From the NCBI GenBank assembly GCA_964270895.1, contig OZ185445.1: DNA of 64,000 nucleotides, one strand, 5' to 3'. Of this stretch, positions 25,501 through 38,936 are shown in pieces (position 1 is the first letter of the stretch; every line of letters starts with the position of its first letter). The notes below the pieces were generated by a model. It did no database searches. It had not been told where the DNA came from and saw only the letters and a list, made by a program, of their open reading frames with translations. A program made the translations under genes and the position numbers. This DNA is from Podarcis filfolensis (taxonomy: Eukaryota).

Positions 25501-26845
25501 CAATTTTCATGTATGTAATTCAAACTTTGAAAATGTTCTGTGATAGAGAAGCCATTAGTCAGTTAACTTGCATATAATTATTTAAATATGTGCAAACGGA
25601 AAGAATTATTTCAAACGGTATTGAAGCAAAGCTAGTTTTATAGAGGATGCTTGTTTGGCCATCATCCCTCTCTAGTCTACAAGATTCTTCCCCATGTTTG
25701 CAAGCCATTGTCAAAGAAATGATTCTCAGAAGTTTCAGCTAATCAATGAAATGTTCCTCTTTTTAATTACACAATTTTGTGCCCTTTAAAATTATTGGTT
25801 GCACTAAGACACCCACTATATATTAAATAAAATAACTTCAAGGAAATCAGGATGGCGGTATGATTAAAGACACTTCTAACAATGATGTGAATTAAGTATC
25901 CTATTAAATAAAGAAATCAGTTCTGTTTGTTCATGCAGTGAAAAGAAACTTTAAGGAATTTTAATTGTAGGATCACTGCCAGTAAAAGTCTATTGACAGC
26001 TGATTTTGACTAAATAGTTTCATGTGTACACACTCTCATACATGTGCTTTGGAATTAGTTTTGTCAAGGAAAAGCCTCCTGTTAGTTGGCAAATGAAATG
26101 GTTATTGAATGAGAAGCTCATTGGAAATTAAGGAGCTGACAGTTTCGCTTGTGTGATAACTGTTTCTGTCCTGTCCACAGTGTGGTTTAAATTATAATCA
26201 GCAAATGCAACATTGCTGTCTCTTGAAGCAATATTGTTTCCCTCCATCCAGAGGCTTCTTAAATAAGTCCTTATAAGAAAGCAAAAAGCTTTGCCATATT
26301 TGTGTTTTCTTCTGTCCCTTCCCAGAAATAAATATATAGGATATGCATAGCCTAGTTTGCTCCTTGTATTCAGCCAAATTTAGACACACATCCTCTTGCA
26401 GTCTTCCTGTAGAGCTTCCTATTTTACTTGAACATTGATGATACTGTGTGATTCAGCAATGTGTGTGGTGGTTGCCCATTAGACAACAGATAAAGCTAAA
26501 ACAACAGTGTTTATAAGGGTCCTTTACTGAAACCAATTTGTTTCATACTATTTGAACTAAATAACCCAGTATGTATAAACCATACATATCACAGGATATG
26601 TATGACTTTAATCAAGTTGTGTGTGTGGCTGTGTGTTGGGGGGCGTGCGTTCCTGCCTCTTTGCAAACTGTAAAGGAAGAGAGTTTAGAATATACCTCAG
26701 TCAGTCATGCAACCTGCTATTTTGGAGGAACGTTGTTGGCTTTCAGCACTGCCTTCAACAAGAAAAGAGACCTTGCTTATCACTCTTGTTGAAATTCTGT
26801 GGACAATTTTGTCCCTCTGATTTGTGTACTGTTACAGTTGCTTGA

Positions 26846-27197
26846 GGGGACCGGGTGGCGCTGTGGGTTAAACCACAGAGCCTAGGACTTGCCGATCAGA
26901 AGGTCGGCGGTTCGAATCCCCGCGACAGGGTGAGCTCCCGTTGCTCGGTCCCTGCTCCTGCCAACCTAGCAGTTCGAAAGCACAGCAAAGTGCAAGTAGA
27001 TAAATAGGTACCACTCCGGCGGGAAGGTAAACGGTGTTTCTGTGCGCTGCTCTGGTTCGCCAGAAGCGGCTCAGTCATGCTGGCCACATGACCTGGAAGC
27101 TGTACGCTGGCTCTTGGCCAATAAAGCGAGATGAGCGCTGCAACCCCAGAGTTGGTCACGACTGGCCCTAATGGTCAGGCGTCCCTTTACTTTTACC
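26846..27197 (+). mobile_element. Sauria SINE
   Basis: Same family as 22136; box B ggttcgaatccc; exact 14-bp TSD ttacagttgcttga at 26832-26845 and 27198-27211. Confidence 0.92.
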
Positions 27198-27367
27198 TTA
27201 CAGTTGCTTGACCAGGGAGATGCCACTCCATGTTTGCTGGCTGGCCCCCATTTTATCATCTGTTCAGCCAGCTAGGGTTACCGGAAGATGTGTGATAACA
27301 GGCTACTGTACTGGATAGTTGGTCCGATCCAGCAGAACTCTTCACATGTTCTTCTGCTTCATGTTTA

Positions 27368-27546
27368 GGGAAAAGATCGTAGCTCAGTGGTAGAACACAT
27401 GCTTTGCATGCAGAAGGCCCCGGGTTCAATCTCTGGCCTCTCCAGGTAGGGCTGGAATAGACCACCGGAGCAACTGCTGGTCAGTGTAGACAGTACTGAG
27501 ACCGATGGGCCATTGGGTCTTACTCAGTGAAAGGCAGCTTCCTCTG
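27368..27546 (+). mobile_element. tRNA-Ala-like headed SINE
   Basis: tagctcagtggtagaacacatgctttgcatgcagaaggccccgggttcaatc (box A and B) followed by a non-tRNA body shared with the 31.3 and 41.3 kb copies. Confidence 0.8.
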
Positions 27547-29081
27547 TCTGTTGTCCTTCTTATTCATATTCAGCATAATACATAAATGGGATTTGTCAAA
27601 CATTCTGTAAAGTATGAAGGTAAAAATTAAATGTAGAGAGAGTTCACGTGCTAAGAAAATACTAGGAGATCCGGATAATCATGTGAGTACAGAATGAGGT
27701 ATTCTTTCTGCAAGTGCATGTTCCCAATACCATGCTTACTTGGATAACTCAAATGCATTGAGGAGAATGTTGGGTAAAGGGGTACTTCATCTTTCTCCCA
27801 TGGCCACATGCTCTCCTCTCAGCCCCCCACCCCACCCAGCTGAGAAAAAATAAACTGTGGTGGCTTGTAAGTGTAATTTGCAGGGGAGAATCAGCAAGTG
27901 GTCACAAGATTAAGCGTAATTTGACCACATTGTCAGGAAAATATATGGTTGCCTATCCCATATTTCCTTCATTGTGTCTAGTTCTACTTGAGTCTGCTGC
28001 CTAGCAGTATTGTTGTAGGTCATGCTAATTCTAGTCCAATACTAAACCTCCAGAATGCTCATTTAGACATTTGTAGGTCAGGTGTAAAGAGGATATCAAA
28101 TGGGATGGGGAAATCTGGATATAGTTAAGTCATAAAATTCAATTTAAACAGTCTTATGCTGAAAACAGGCCATATCTAGTGAAGCTTCTTTGATCTTACT
28201 TGTACATACGAAATCTTTTTTTTTCTTATTAAATTTGTCTAATAGGATGTAATTATTACTCAGCAAGATGCTGCAGTAAACTCTTTGCATTGTGAGTGTC
28301 TTCTTTCTTCATTTCCGATTAGTAGTCATTGCTAAGCCTTTGGAAATCAGGTAGATCACTCCTTCTCATCTTCATCTGTTCTGTCTCACTATTGATCTGC
28401 AACAATTTTGTTTGTTTGTTCAGGGGAGTAAAATGATTTCTTTTCCAAATAAGAAATAAACGTGAAAATGCAAGTGTTGTAGCAAGCTGACAGTTTTTGA
28501 AACCTGTACAACTGTAACGAATGGAATAGGATATGAAAGACAAATTTGTACCGTCTAGGATCCTCAGGGTGCCTGACTTACAGCCACGGGGTTCTTTCCT
28601 TATGAAAGCAGACTCCCGGTCTCCAACAGTATGTATACAGTTGGATCGTTTATAGATACACAGGAGGCTGCCTTATACTAACCTAATTTGCGGTAAACTG
28701 AACTGAGCTTAAAACACAGTTAGTAGTAAGTGAAGAGAGAACAGTAACCAGGAGTCTTGAGTTCAAACCTTGGCTTGGCTCAGCACAATGCAGCAGTAAT
28801 AAGGACTGGGGAAGGTAGATTATCTACCCCAGAAGGAGCATGCTCTGTCCCCCACCAGAGATACTAACGTCCCCCTAACACCCCAAGCTCCCCATAGGTA
28901 CCATTAATTTTAGTGATTTGACTATATGCTCTGGGAGCGTGCAGTAATGTCACTAGGAGGAAGGCTACAGCTGCACTGCTTTTCTTTAACTACACTAGAG
29001 CTGCAGTGATGGCAATAAGTGAGCTGGAATTTGCAAATGAGAATGATTTTCACTTTCACTTTTCTGCGCTTGGTTGCAGAT

Positions 29082-29156
29082 GGGGCTGGGCGACATCTGG
29101 TTTTAGTGATATATCACCAGCTAAACACTGTGATATATCGATATGTCACGATATCT
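29082..29156. mobile_element. hAT-like terminus fragment
   Basis: ggggctgggcgacatctgg...gatatatcgatatgtcacgat; reverse complement of 16598-16683. Confidence 0.6.
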
Positions 29157-30888
29157 GAAATAAGGAAGGAACGATGCAGAAGCGAACAGGACAATGTCCT
29201 GTATGTGCTAGGAAGCATGTTTCTGTATGTGTGTCCCACCAAATAGCTGATTGCTGCTGTTGCTGTTGTTTTGTTAGTGCTATTGCATGTGCAGCTCAAT
29301 TGGGGTCAGTGTTTTTTCTTTCCTTTTCTCTACACCTCCCAACACCCTTGTTCTCTTTTTATGTAAGGTCTCCTAGAATCTAGATGAGCTCTATTCTTTA
29401 TAAGGAAACAAAAAGGTAGTGTTTTAAACTGAAGTTATTCAACACAGCCTAGACTGCAGGAACTTAAAATAGGAATCCTCCCCTTTTCCTCTCCTCACCT
29501 TCTTTGAATGTAATGCAAGGAACAGCTGAAGAACTTCTATCACACACAGTGGATTGAAATTATTAAAAATGCATGTATAAATTCCTCCAACATTGTGAAG
29601 AGCACACGCCTAAAACCAGTTCCCGTTGACACACATGAAGAATGTTGTTCCTCCAGATTTGTAAGGCTGTCAACCATGCTGTTTTATGTGACTTGGCTAA
29701 ATTCAGACTGCAAGCCCTCCTTGTATGGTTGTACCAGGGCAGGGTCTGCAGAACTAGCACAGTCAGCTTCTCACAGAGGAATTAAGTAGCTCAAGAATAA
29801 ATTAAGATATCTGTTTTTATCATTATCCCACACAATCCAATTCACGCTGAGCTATGAATTCTCCCCTCCCCTTCAATTTCTCTTTCAAAATACTAGGAAA
29901 TGGACAGTGGGTTATATAGGTGTCCCTAATGTTGGGTTTCCATAAGTCCGTTCCCCCTTGGACATGTCCGAGACTTCAAGGGTGAAATCACTATCTGGGG
30001 GGAATTTTTTAAAATTGCCAAAATGTCTGTTTTTTGGGTGGGGGAGGGACAAAGGGAGCATGCGTGCGCTGCCCAGAGTGCCAGATGTAGGAGGCTCAGA
30101 GAAAGAGAGAGCTGGCAGGCAAGTGAGGTGAGGAGAGAAGGAGGGTGGCTGGGCTGCTGCTGTTGATGTGAGGGGATTGTGTGGCAAAGGAGGAATCGGC
30201 ATCACAAAGCCTATGCTCCGCTTTGCGATGCTGTACGGGGTTGCCAGGATGGCTGAGGAGGACGCAACAGGTATGCCCCCCTGCCCTGTTGCTGCTCCTC
30301 ACACTCTGCCAGAGTGGAAGAGGGGTACTTAAGGGGCTAGTCCATCAAAAGGGGGAGGGGAAGTAAAGTTTTGTTCGTTACCACATTATGTGTTTTTGTT
30401 TTTATATTGCAAGCCACCCTGTGATCCTCTTAGGAAAGCTGGTATAGAAATTCAAATAAATAAAGAATAAATTGAAGTGAGGGGAAAGCAGGAATCCATC
30501 TTTCCCTTCAAGGAAGATTTGGATTCTTTTACTCCGAGCAGCTCCTTCCCTGAGGCCTGAGGGACTTGGTGTCTTGGCACCAGAAGGCTTGGGCCGCGTG
30601 TGCAAGAAGCGAGCTGAGCCGTACCCTCGGCAGTGCCTCTTCCTCTCGCCTTGCCTCCCCCACTGGGGGGCAGGCTGGCCAGCGTGCGGTGGATCTGGGG
30701 GCTTAGGCCCCTATGGTGGAGAGAGAACCCTCTGGGGGCATCTGTATGAGTTTGAGGGAGAGGCGAGGTGTGCTGTGCTTCCTTGGCTGGCTGCGGGCTT
30801 GCAGCTGCTTATAAATCTCAACTTAGCCTGGAGGAAGCACGGTGCACAGAAAGGTTGGTCAGCCTTCTGTCATGGCGGCTTTAGTTGC

Positions 30889-30970
30889 GATTCCTGCATT
30901 GCAGGGGGTGCCAGGTGGACTAGGTGACCCTGGGGATACCTTCCAGCTCGACAAGTCTATGATTATATGA
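30889..30970 (+). mobile_element. CR1 3' terminus
   Basis: gattcctgcattgcaggggg...ggactaggtgaccct...ccttccagct...tctatgatt. Confidence 0.7.
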
Positions 30971-31387
30971 AGCTGACCAGTGGTTCCTCCAGCTCAGTAC
31001 AGTGGTGCCTCGCAAGACGAAATTAATTCGTTCCGCGAGTCTTTTCGTCTTGCGCGGTTTTTCGTCTTGCGAAGCACGGCCCGTCGCAACTGCACCTCTT
31101 CAAGCGGCTTTAAGAAAAAAGGAAATAAACTCGCAAGACGTTTTCATCTTGCGAAGCAAGCCCATAGGGAAAATCGTCTTGCAAAGCAACTCAAAAAACG
31201 AAAAACCCTTTTGTCTTGCGCGTTTTTCGTCTTGCGAGGCATTCGTCTTGCGAAGTACCACTGTATTGTCTACGCTAACATACAGCAGCTCTCCAGGGTC
31301 TCTTCCATCCCTACCTGGATGTGCCATTGGGGATTGAACCTGGAATCTTCCTGCATGCAAGGCAGATGCTCTCACCACTGAGCTGCA
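30971..31387 (-). mobile_element. tRNA-headed SINE interrupted by the 31000-31263 MITE
   Basis: Minus strand gcagctcagtggtgagagcatctgccttgcatgcagg...ggttcaatccc; the body gtagacaa-TA-ctgagc is split at the TA. Confidence 0.75.
31000..31263. mobile_element. pogo/Tigger-like MITE (gcaagacg subfamily)
   Basis: TA-cagtggtgcctcgcaagacg...cgtcttgcgaagtaccactg-TA. Confidence 0.92.
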
Positions 31388-31832
31388 AGCGCATGGCTCG
31401 CAGGTGTTAATTTCACCACTCCCCACACTTAAGGCCAACCAGGAGGGCAGAAAAGTTGGTAGTAAGAATGTTAATCTGATTTTTGTTTTCCACACAAACA
31501 CACACAGAACTTGGAAGGAACTGAACGCATGCATTTGGTTGGTTGCTGTGTGTCTAGCACTTTATGCAGAAATTAAGAATGGAATTTTAGGACGTTTCAT
31601 ATACCACCCTCATTTTCCAGTCCTAGTAGCTTTACGTTTCAAATGGCTTCAGGAAGAATTAACTTGAAACTTTCAGTTACTGAAAGAGCGCTTTCACTGT
31701 TTGCTATATGCCAAGCGTTACTCCCTGCCCCAAATGTGGTACACTTCACAAAGTTGAGTGTCATCCCTGCAAAGGGGGCACATGTTATTTATTATGGTGT
31801 GCTGTAGTGGTTAAAATTTGTGTATCAAAGTT

Positions 31833-31944
31833 TGTAATGTTTGATGTTTTATCGTGTTTCTAATATTCTGTTGGGAGCCGCGCAGAGTGGCTGGGGAAAC
31901 CCAGCCAGATGAGTGGGGTATAAATAATAAAATTTATTATTATT
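31833..31944 (+). mobile_element. L2 3' UTR tail
   Basis: gggagccgcgcagagtggctggggaaacccagccagatg...ggtataaataataa(att)n; same 3' UTR as the 60.9 kb copy. Confidence 0.7.
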
Positions 31945-33899
31945 GTCCTGGGATCTGGAAGAAATCCTCACTCAGCCATGAAGCTAATCGATAGACTTTC
32001 ATACCACTTTGTGAGGCTGGTCCGCTTTGTCTTGCCCCAGGTGGTTCTGAGGTAGATATATATATCTAAAATTGGTGACACTCAGACCATTAATTCTGCA
32101 GAAGAAAAAGAAGCTTTGAGACTCCGTAGGGTAGTGATAAAGCGGGATATCAAATCCAAACTCTTCTTATAATGCCAAATGCTATCCTACGTTCTCATGG
32201 CAAGATATAAACTCATTCCTTATTGGCCCCATTTCACCAAAATCATCACACATGTACTGCCATTGGCAGACTGGGAGTTTAAATCAGATGGTGTAGCATT
32301 TAGACAAGCTTATGTCTCGACATCTCGCCATTTAGAAATTAAACCACTGAAAGCAGTACAACATACTGTGTATAACCCTCAAAAGGGGTGAACCAGAGGA
32401 TGAAGAAATCGCTTTCAACAGCAATTCACTGCAGTTTTGTTTGCTGCTTGATGCTGCTAAAATTCTTTCCCACACAGAATAGCCTCCTTCAGGGACATGT
32501 AAATTGGATTGTTGGGCACTTTTAGTTCTCTGATAGGGAATGTTCAGGCAATGATTGTTCCATAGGAAGCCAAAGAGAAGCAATACTTTTGCAGAAGCGA
32601 CTTTCCCCCCTACGTTGCCTTGAGTTTTAAGTTAAGCATGATGAGCGTACATCTGCAGATTGAGACTTTCTATGCTGGAAGTTTTTGTTACAGAGAAGAA
32701 AATAAAGAGTAGTCTGCAAGAAGTTGGCCTCCGGAGCTGCAGGACCAGACCCTCTGCAGGTTTGGATTGCTCTCTTAATTGTCCAGGACTAGCACCTTGT
32801 CCACGGAAACACATCCTGGCATCTAGCAATACTGATCCCTTTTAAATTTCTTCCACTTACACCAAGCTCTGGTCTTTATTCTTCACCAGGTTTCTTTACC
32901 CAGCTAAACACTCATTACAGCTATGATATTTTTAATGTAATACTTTTTAAGATCCTATAGAAATCTTTACAAAAGGCAGTAAATATGTTACAAAAACACC
33001 TTTCATTTTAAAATACATGATGATGTAGATTCCTTTCTTTTGTGCATCTCAAAATCTTTATAAGTCATGGAAGTATGTCTATTAATAATATTGGATAAGC
33101 AGTAACCTACTTTTTGTGGGGAAATTAATTACCAACAATAATTGCAGGAAGGATAACATATCAGGGAGACGAGATTACTCTTTGAGCCCAAGAAGGAATA
33201 TTCCTGCTTGAAATTCTGCCACATTTAGTTGCCAAAAGTGTGAACTCATTTTCAGGCTTTATATATTCATTTCATGAGATTTATACACTGCTTGATGGTT
33301 AAAAAACAAAACCTCAAAGTGGTTTGTATTGATTTGAGCAACATATCTGCAGGCAGGGAAGAGGGAGCGTTTTTCAGTTTGAGGGTGCTCTCCCTCACAG
33401 ACGACATACGGGAGGCCACATTCCAGTAGCAGGCAGGGCCAGAGGGATAAGAAAGTAGAGCAATGGGTGTGACTCTTACCTTTGTATGCAGTAGGCAACC
33501 ATTTCTATTCCAACCATAGAAACGCGCACACATTCTCCATGCAGGCAGGAGGCTTTATCCCTGTTCAAGAACACATTCCAGCCAGGCAAAAGCCCAAGGA
33601 GGCTGTGGAGCAGGGTCAATGAGGGGTGGGGTCAGGGGAAAGGCCTGGAGTGACCAGATTTGGCAATGGTTGGAGTGGAGCACGTGGCCTTTGCCAACAG
33701 AGAGCTTATGTGTGTGTTTTTGTGTGTGCGTGTGAGTGCTTTCCCTGTCTAGGAGAGACTCCTGGTTTTGTGAGGAAGGAATGTGTTTCAATACAAACAC
33801 TCCTCATAAGGGAGCTGTTCCTGGAGGAAGAACTGTGAGGGGAGAGACTCCTTCAGGCAAGGCCTCCTTCCACCTGCCTTGCTCTACCCTCTGCTTCTC

Positions 33900-34182
33900 A
33901 ATGTGTATTGTATTGTTTTACGTACTGTGGCTTGCCGTTGTTTTATTGATTATAGTTTAGATATTATTGTAACTGTTGAGTGGATTTCTATTTAACTTTT
34001 CTATGTTGGTATTATTATTTTATACTATTCTAATTGATTGTTGGATGTTACTTTTTTGATGTAGGCTGTCTATTTTTTGTATTGCATTTGATTGTTATTT
34101 ATTGTTTCTTCAGCTTGTAAACCACCTTGAGTATTGTAAGATAGAAAGGTGGTATACAAATTAAAAATGATGATGATAATCC
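33900..34182 (+). mobile_element. LINE (L2-like) 3' tail
   Basis: T-rich 3' UTR then tgtaaaccaccttgag...aaggtggtatacaaat and (gat)n. Confidence 0.55.
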
Positions 34183-35178
34183 ATTTTAAGCAAGACACAG
34201 TATTCATGTAAAACAGAGGAGCGGAGTACATGGGAGGCAGTTGTGGCACTTAACACATGCAGAATATGTTTCCTCTTCCCTTGTTTATTCTGCTTGGGTG
34301 CTCTGCCCGTGCAATCCCCAATAGTTAGAACTGGAATGCAATGGGGTGTTGCCTGGCTGGGTCTAGAGTCCCAAAGCAAGATACTTGGAACAGAAGTGTT
34401 AGCAGTGTGCTTAAGTTCAGGTTGCTCACTTTTTGTGCAAAGCGTCCTTACAACAAAGTTCCCCACAAAAGAACTTACCCTTGTGCATGAGATAAGGCCT
34501 GAGAGATACAACCCTATGCTGCACACCCCATAGTCTTAACCAGGGATGCCAACTTGAATAAAATGCCCACCCTGCATAATCGATCACATGGCATGGTGCA
34601 TGTACACCATTTGAATGGCAGTGCCCATCAACTTGGGGTGGCTGCCTCCCTCAAATATTTTATTGGGGGGACGACGACGAAGGGACCTCAGCCCCTTGGA
34701 GTTGGCTTCTATGGTCTGAATTCTGATCTACTGGGTGATGTTATATATACCGCTGGTGGTGTGGTGCAATTGGATGCTAGCTTGTACCATATCCAATATT
34801 TTGGCTTTATTTGCACATCACAGTAACCTAGACTAATCATGGCTTAGGTAGTACAGGCAGTGCTCTGGTGCATGTTTCCTAACTACTACTGCCCTTCTGT
34901 GCCATGAGCAGAATAAAATAAACCAGGAAGTCTTAGCTTTGCATTATGTCCAAACCAGGGATTGTGGTTTGTTTCTCTCTAAGAAGCCACAATAACTAGC
35001 CGACCTGAAACCATGATTTGTTGTTGGCTTGCTAATTGTGCTTGGTTATGAAAAAACAAGCCATGGTCCCTGCTTTGGATATAATATGAAGCCAAATCTT
35101 CCTGGTTTGCTCAATTCACCAATAAAGAACATAGACTCCTCCTGTTGATTCTAGAGCTGTACTGACACGAGAGTCAGA

Positions 35179-36600
35179 GTGGGCCTAAATGACTGCTTGT
35201 CTCAATCTTTCAAGTCAGCTAGTGGTGTAAAACAAGGCTGCATTTTAGCCCCCACACTTTTCAACTTTTACATCAACGACATAGTCCCACATTTAGCCCA
35301 AGCTCACTTTCCCTCTTCAGTACTTAGAAACAGGAAGGTGTTCTGCCTGCTGTATGCGGATGATATAGTCCTTCTTTCTCTTTCCCGTCTGGGCCTTAAA
35401 AACTTCCTGGAGGCTCTCAGTTCATATTGTAAACAAGAAGACCCCCTGGTTAACCACTCCAAATCATGGTCTTCTGAAAATGTAGCCCCCACTATAAACG
35501 GATGCTTGAGCACCATGATTGAGAGCAAACCCATGTTTTCAAATATCTTGGCGTCCTTTTTAATGAAACATTGACTTATAAGTGGCACATCAAGGTGCTG
35601 AAAACCAGCGTGCAGAGAGAGATTGGGGCTCTGATGAAGTTTTACTTCACAAAGGGTGGAAAACAGTTTGAGCCCGTGCTAAAAATATTTGGCAGTAAAG
35701 CGATCCCTCAAATGCTTTATGGAGTTGAAATCTGGGACGAGGATAAGAATGCTATCAAAGGGTTAGAAATGGTGCAAAACCAATTTTGACTGTTTCCCCT
35801 ACACATGGGAACAGCAGCTGTACTCTTACGCATGGAAGCTAGATGGCCAACATTAACTGCAAGAGCTAATTGCACCAGATTTAATTACCTGAAAAGACTG
35901 TCCTCCATGCCTTGCGAGCACTTGCCAGCCCTGTACTGTGCGGAATTGGAGAACAGCCAATGGTGGAATCTAACACCCAACGTTACTTGAACTCTTATTA
36001 TTTCCGCAAGGTAGAGGAGATTACATCCACAGACAAACACCAACTAAGTGATTGGTGCCACTGGACAGAATTGCTACATGATCTGCAAGCGATTAAATCC
36101 TCTAAATGCTCTGCTTGGTTCCCCCTTCTAAAAATGGTCCATTTTAGAGCCAATTACCTGTCAAATCTCTGGCTCGCTAAGATTCGCTTTTACTGGGCTG
36201 TGTTTTCAGACTGTGCCCCCTCCAGCATCCTAAAAAGACTCTGTATATGTGGGCACCTGCAGGTGGAAGACATCTTGCACTATTTACTATATTGCCCACC
36301 CAGGAGGCAATTTCTCACCTTACCATCTGTACAGGAAAAATGTCTCTCCTGGCAGAGAAGGTCCTATGGCTTCTTAGTGATGTAAACGCTTCAGTGACTC
36401 ATAAAATTGCCCTGTTTGGCGGCCAAAAAGAAAACCCTGGACAATATAGCAGTGAACTGTAAGGAAGACGCAGAGATCTAAATAGAGACTATTATTTGTG
36501 GCGCGACACCACTTTTGTTTGTATTTTTTATTTTTTTTAGATTTGGATTTTATTTAGATTTGTCATGGCCAGTGACTAGAACGATAAAGTTATTTGGATT
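35179..36600 (+). mobile_element. Frameshifted non-LTR retrotransposon RT plus C-terminal Cys/His motif (clade uncertain)
   Basis: GVKQGCILAPTLFNFYIND and LLYADD RT motifs; LYGVEIW; CICGHLQVEDILHYLLYCP; split over several frames. Confidence 0.85.
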
Positions 36601-36902
36601 GGATGGAATATATTTCAGTCTGTTTACTAATCTTGTCACATTTAGAATTGATGCACTTTTCTGAGGGCTGTGGTTCACTAATCCAATATTGTCAAGCACT
36701 TATATGAGTGTGCTTTCTACAAGTGTGTGTTTATGCTTTCTGTCTCTCACAAAGCAAAATTGTGTCCCAACACTACTTCAGCTAATTCCAGTTGAAAGAT
36801 TGGCCACTTCACCTTGTAGAAACCTTGCGCAATATAGATTGACAACCCGATCCTATGCAGTGTAACACTCACTGAGCTTTCTCCCAAGTACAGTATGTAT
36901 TA

Positions 36903-37000
36903 CCGTATTTACTCAAGTCTAATGCGCCATCGAGTCTAATGCTCACCTCAATTGTCAGAACCTTGAAACAACAACAACAAAAAGGATTTGCTGGTGAATA
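36903..37000. mobile_element. Mariner-like MITE left-end fragment
   Basis: TA-ccgtatttactc with repeated agtctaatgc subterminal motif. Confidence 0.55.
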
Positions 37001-37271
37001 TAATGCACATTGGCAAAAAGTGCACTCTTTACAACAATGAGTTTTTATTATGATTTCAATTTTACAAAAAACCCCACTATTATTTGTTAAACTTACTAAT
37101 ACACTAAAAAATTAAATCTCAAAAATTTACTGCTATTTGTAATTAAATAAACAGTTTCCTTTATATCCTAAAATTTCAAGTGTATATACTGTTCTTTGGT
37201 GTTTCAATTACTAAAATACAGAACTAGATGACAGACTGTAACTTAATCTAGAACTTAATAATAACTGCAAG

Positions 37272-37496
37272 ATGAAATTTTGGTCAGCCCCTGTGCTTTG
37301 GGACTCCCTGCCTGCTGACATCAGGCAGCCACCATCACCTATCCCGGAAGTAGATGCTCCTGGTAGCAAACTTTGCCCTGGGATGCGAGCGGAAGTCGCA
37401 CGCCGGCGGCAGCGGGAGGCCCCATTAGCAAAAGCACACCTCATGTTAAGAACAGACCTCCAGAACGAATTAAGTTCGTAATCGGAGGTACCACTG
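37272..37496. mobile_element. L2 3' fragment (37272-37340) abutting a half pogo-like MITE (37342-37496)
   Basis: LWDSLPADIRQ motif, then cccggaagtag...ggaggtaccactg-TA. Confidence 0.7.
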
Positions 37497-38510
37497 TACT
37501 GGGCATAGCCAGACACTTGATTTGGGTACACCTGTTCTTAAGTTTGCTTTAAATGGTTTATTATGTTTAATTGTTTTTAGATATTTTAAACAGTTTTTAA
37601 ACGAGGTATTTTTTATCTTATCTTTATGCTGGCTGGGGGTGATGGGAGTTGTTGCTCAACAACATCTGGCAGGTCACAGGTTCTCACCATCATGCCCATG
37701 TAACTGTAACCAACGTTAGAAATAGATAAGATCTGCACACTAATGTTTGTTTGTTTTTTAAAGTTTTTAAACAGTTTTCAGCAGAGAATAAAAGCCTGTG
37801 TTGGGGCAATGCATTATAACCCAATGTATATATATATTTTTTAAAAAAGTATGATAAATTTGATATAAAAGTTAATTGACATGAACCCTTTCTCCCAACA
37901 CTGGCAAGTCTGGTTAAGCAACAAACTTAAGAACTGTGATTTATGCTGTGAAGGGACTATGTGGGTGCTATACTCAAGTTCTGCTTATGTAAGACTTCCA
38001 AAGAAGGGAGGCTGCCTGGTGGGAGTTGAAAGTTGGCTTTCTGTTTTAGCAGGCTTGCAGCGCTGTCAGTCACAGAGCAGCCTTTCTGCAACTGTTACTT
38101 AACATCTCCCGTTGGATTTCATTATGCCTTGGCCTGAATAAGACCGGGCTGCCTGTGTCGGCGTTGGACTGCCCTGCTTTTTCTTCATGCTTTTCAAGAC
38201 TTGCTTACAAATGGTTGCTCGGAGTTGAGGGACAAGCTGTCCTCTAGCACTGGAGTGGAAAGAAGCTGCTGTGTGAGAGGTGGAGCTGGTCCTGTGTTCT
38301 GTGGACAGCAAGGCTTGGGAAAGTGGGTTGCAGATGCTTTGTGAAGTGCCTTGACCATCACTGCCTTGTAGTGGAGGCTTTTCTGGCCCTGGTGTCTTGT
38401 CCTTTTTTAACCTTTAATGTCCGGGATTTTGTTTTCTGTGGGCATCCCCCGGGAAAGAATGATGGAGAGACAGAGCCTATGATTTTCAACTGTAATTGTT
38501 TTAAGAAATA

Positions 38511-38936
38511 CTGTATTTTTCGCCCCATAGGGCGCACTGGCCCATAGGGCGCACCTAGTTTTTTTTTGGGGGGGGGGATAAAGAAAAACATTTTTATCCC
38601 CCCCCCCCCCAGAACAGGCTGCTATCCGCAAGCCTAGGGAGCCCGGCAGGAAGTTGCGCTGGTCTCCCCAGGCTTGCGGATATCTGCCCGAAGCCCAGGG
38701 CGTGCTGCTCCCACGGCTTGCAGAGAGCTTCCCGAAGCCCGGGGTGCGCTCCACTGCACGTCCCAGGCTTGCGAATAGCTTCCTGAAGCCTGGAGAGCGA
38801 GAGGGGTCGGTGCGCACCGACCCCTCTCGCTCTCCAGGCTTCAGCGAAAGCCTGAATTCGCCCCATAGGACGCACACACATTTGCCCTTCATTTTTTAGA
38901 GGGGAAAAAGTGTGTCCTATAGGGCGAAAAATACGG
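38511..38936. mobile_element. Tc1/mariner-type MITE with 62-bp perfect palindrome
   Basis: TA-ctgtatttttcgccccatagg...cctatagggcgaaaaatacgg-TA; same termini family as 12462. Confidence 0.9.

Noticed and set aside
27368-27445. tRNA-Ala gene
   Set aside because: The acceptor stem is degenerate and the sequence continues into a body shared with two other copies, so it is a SINE head.
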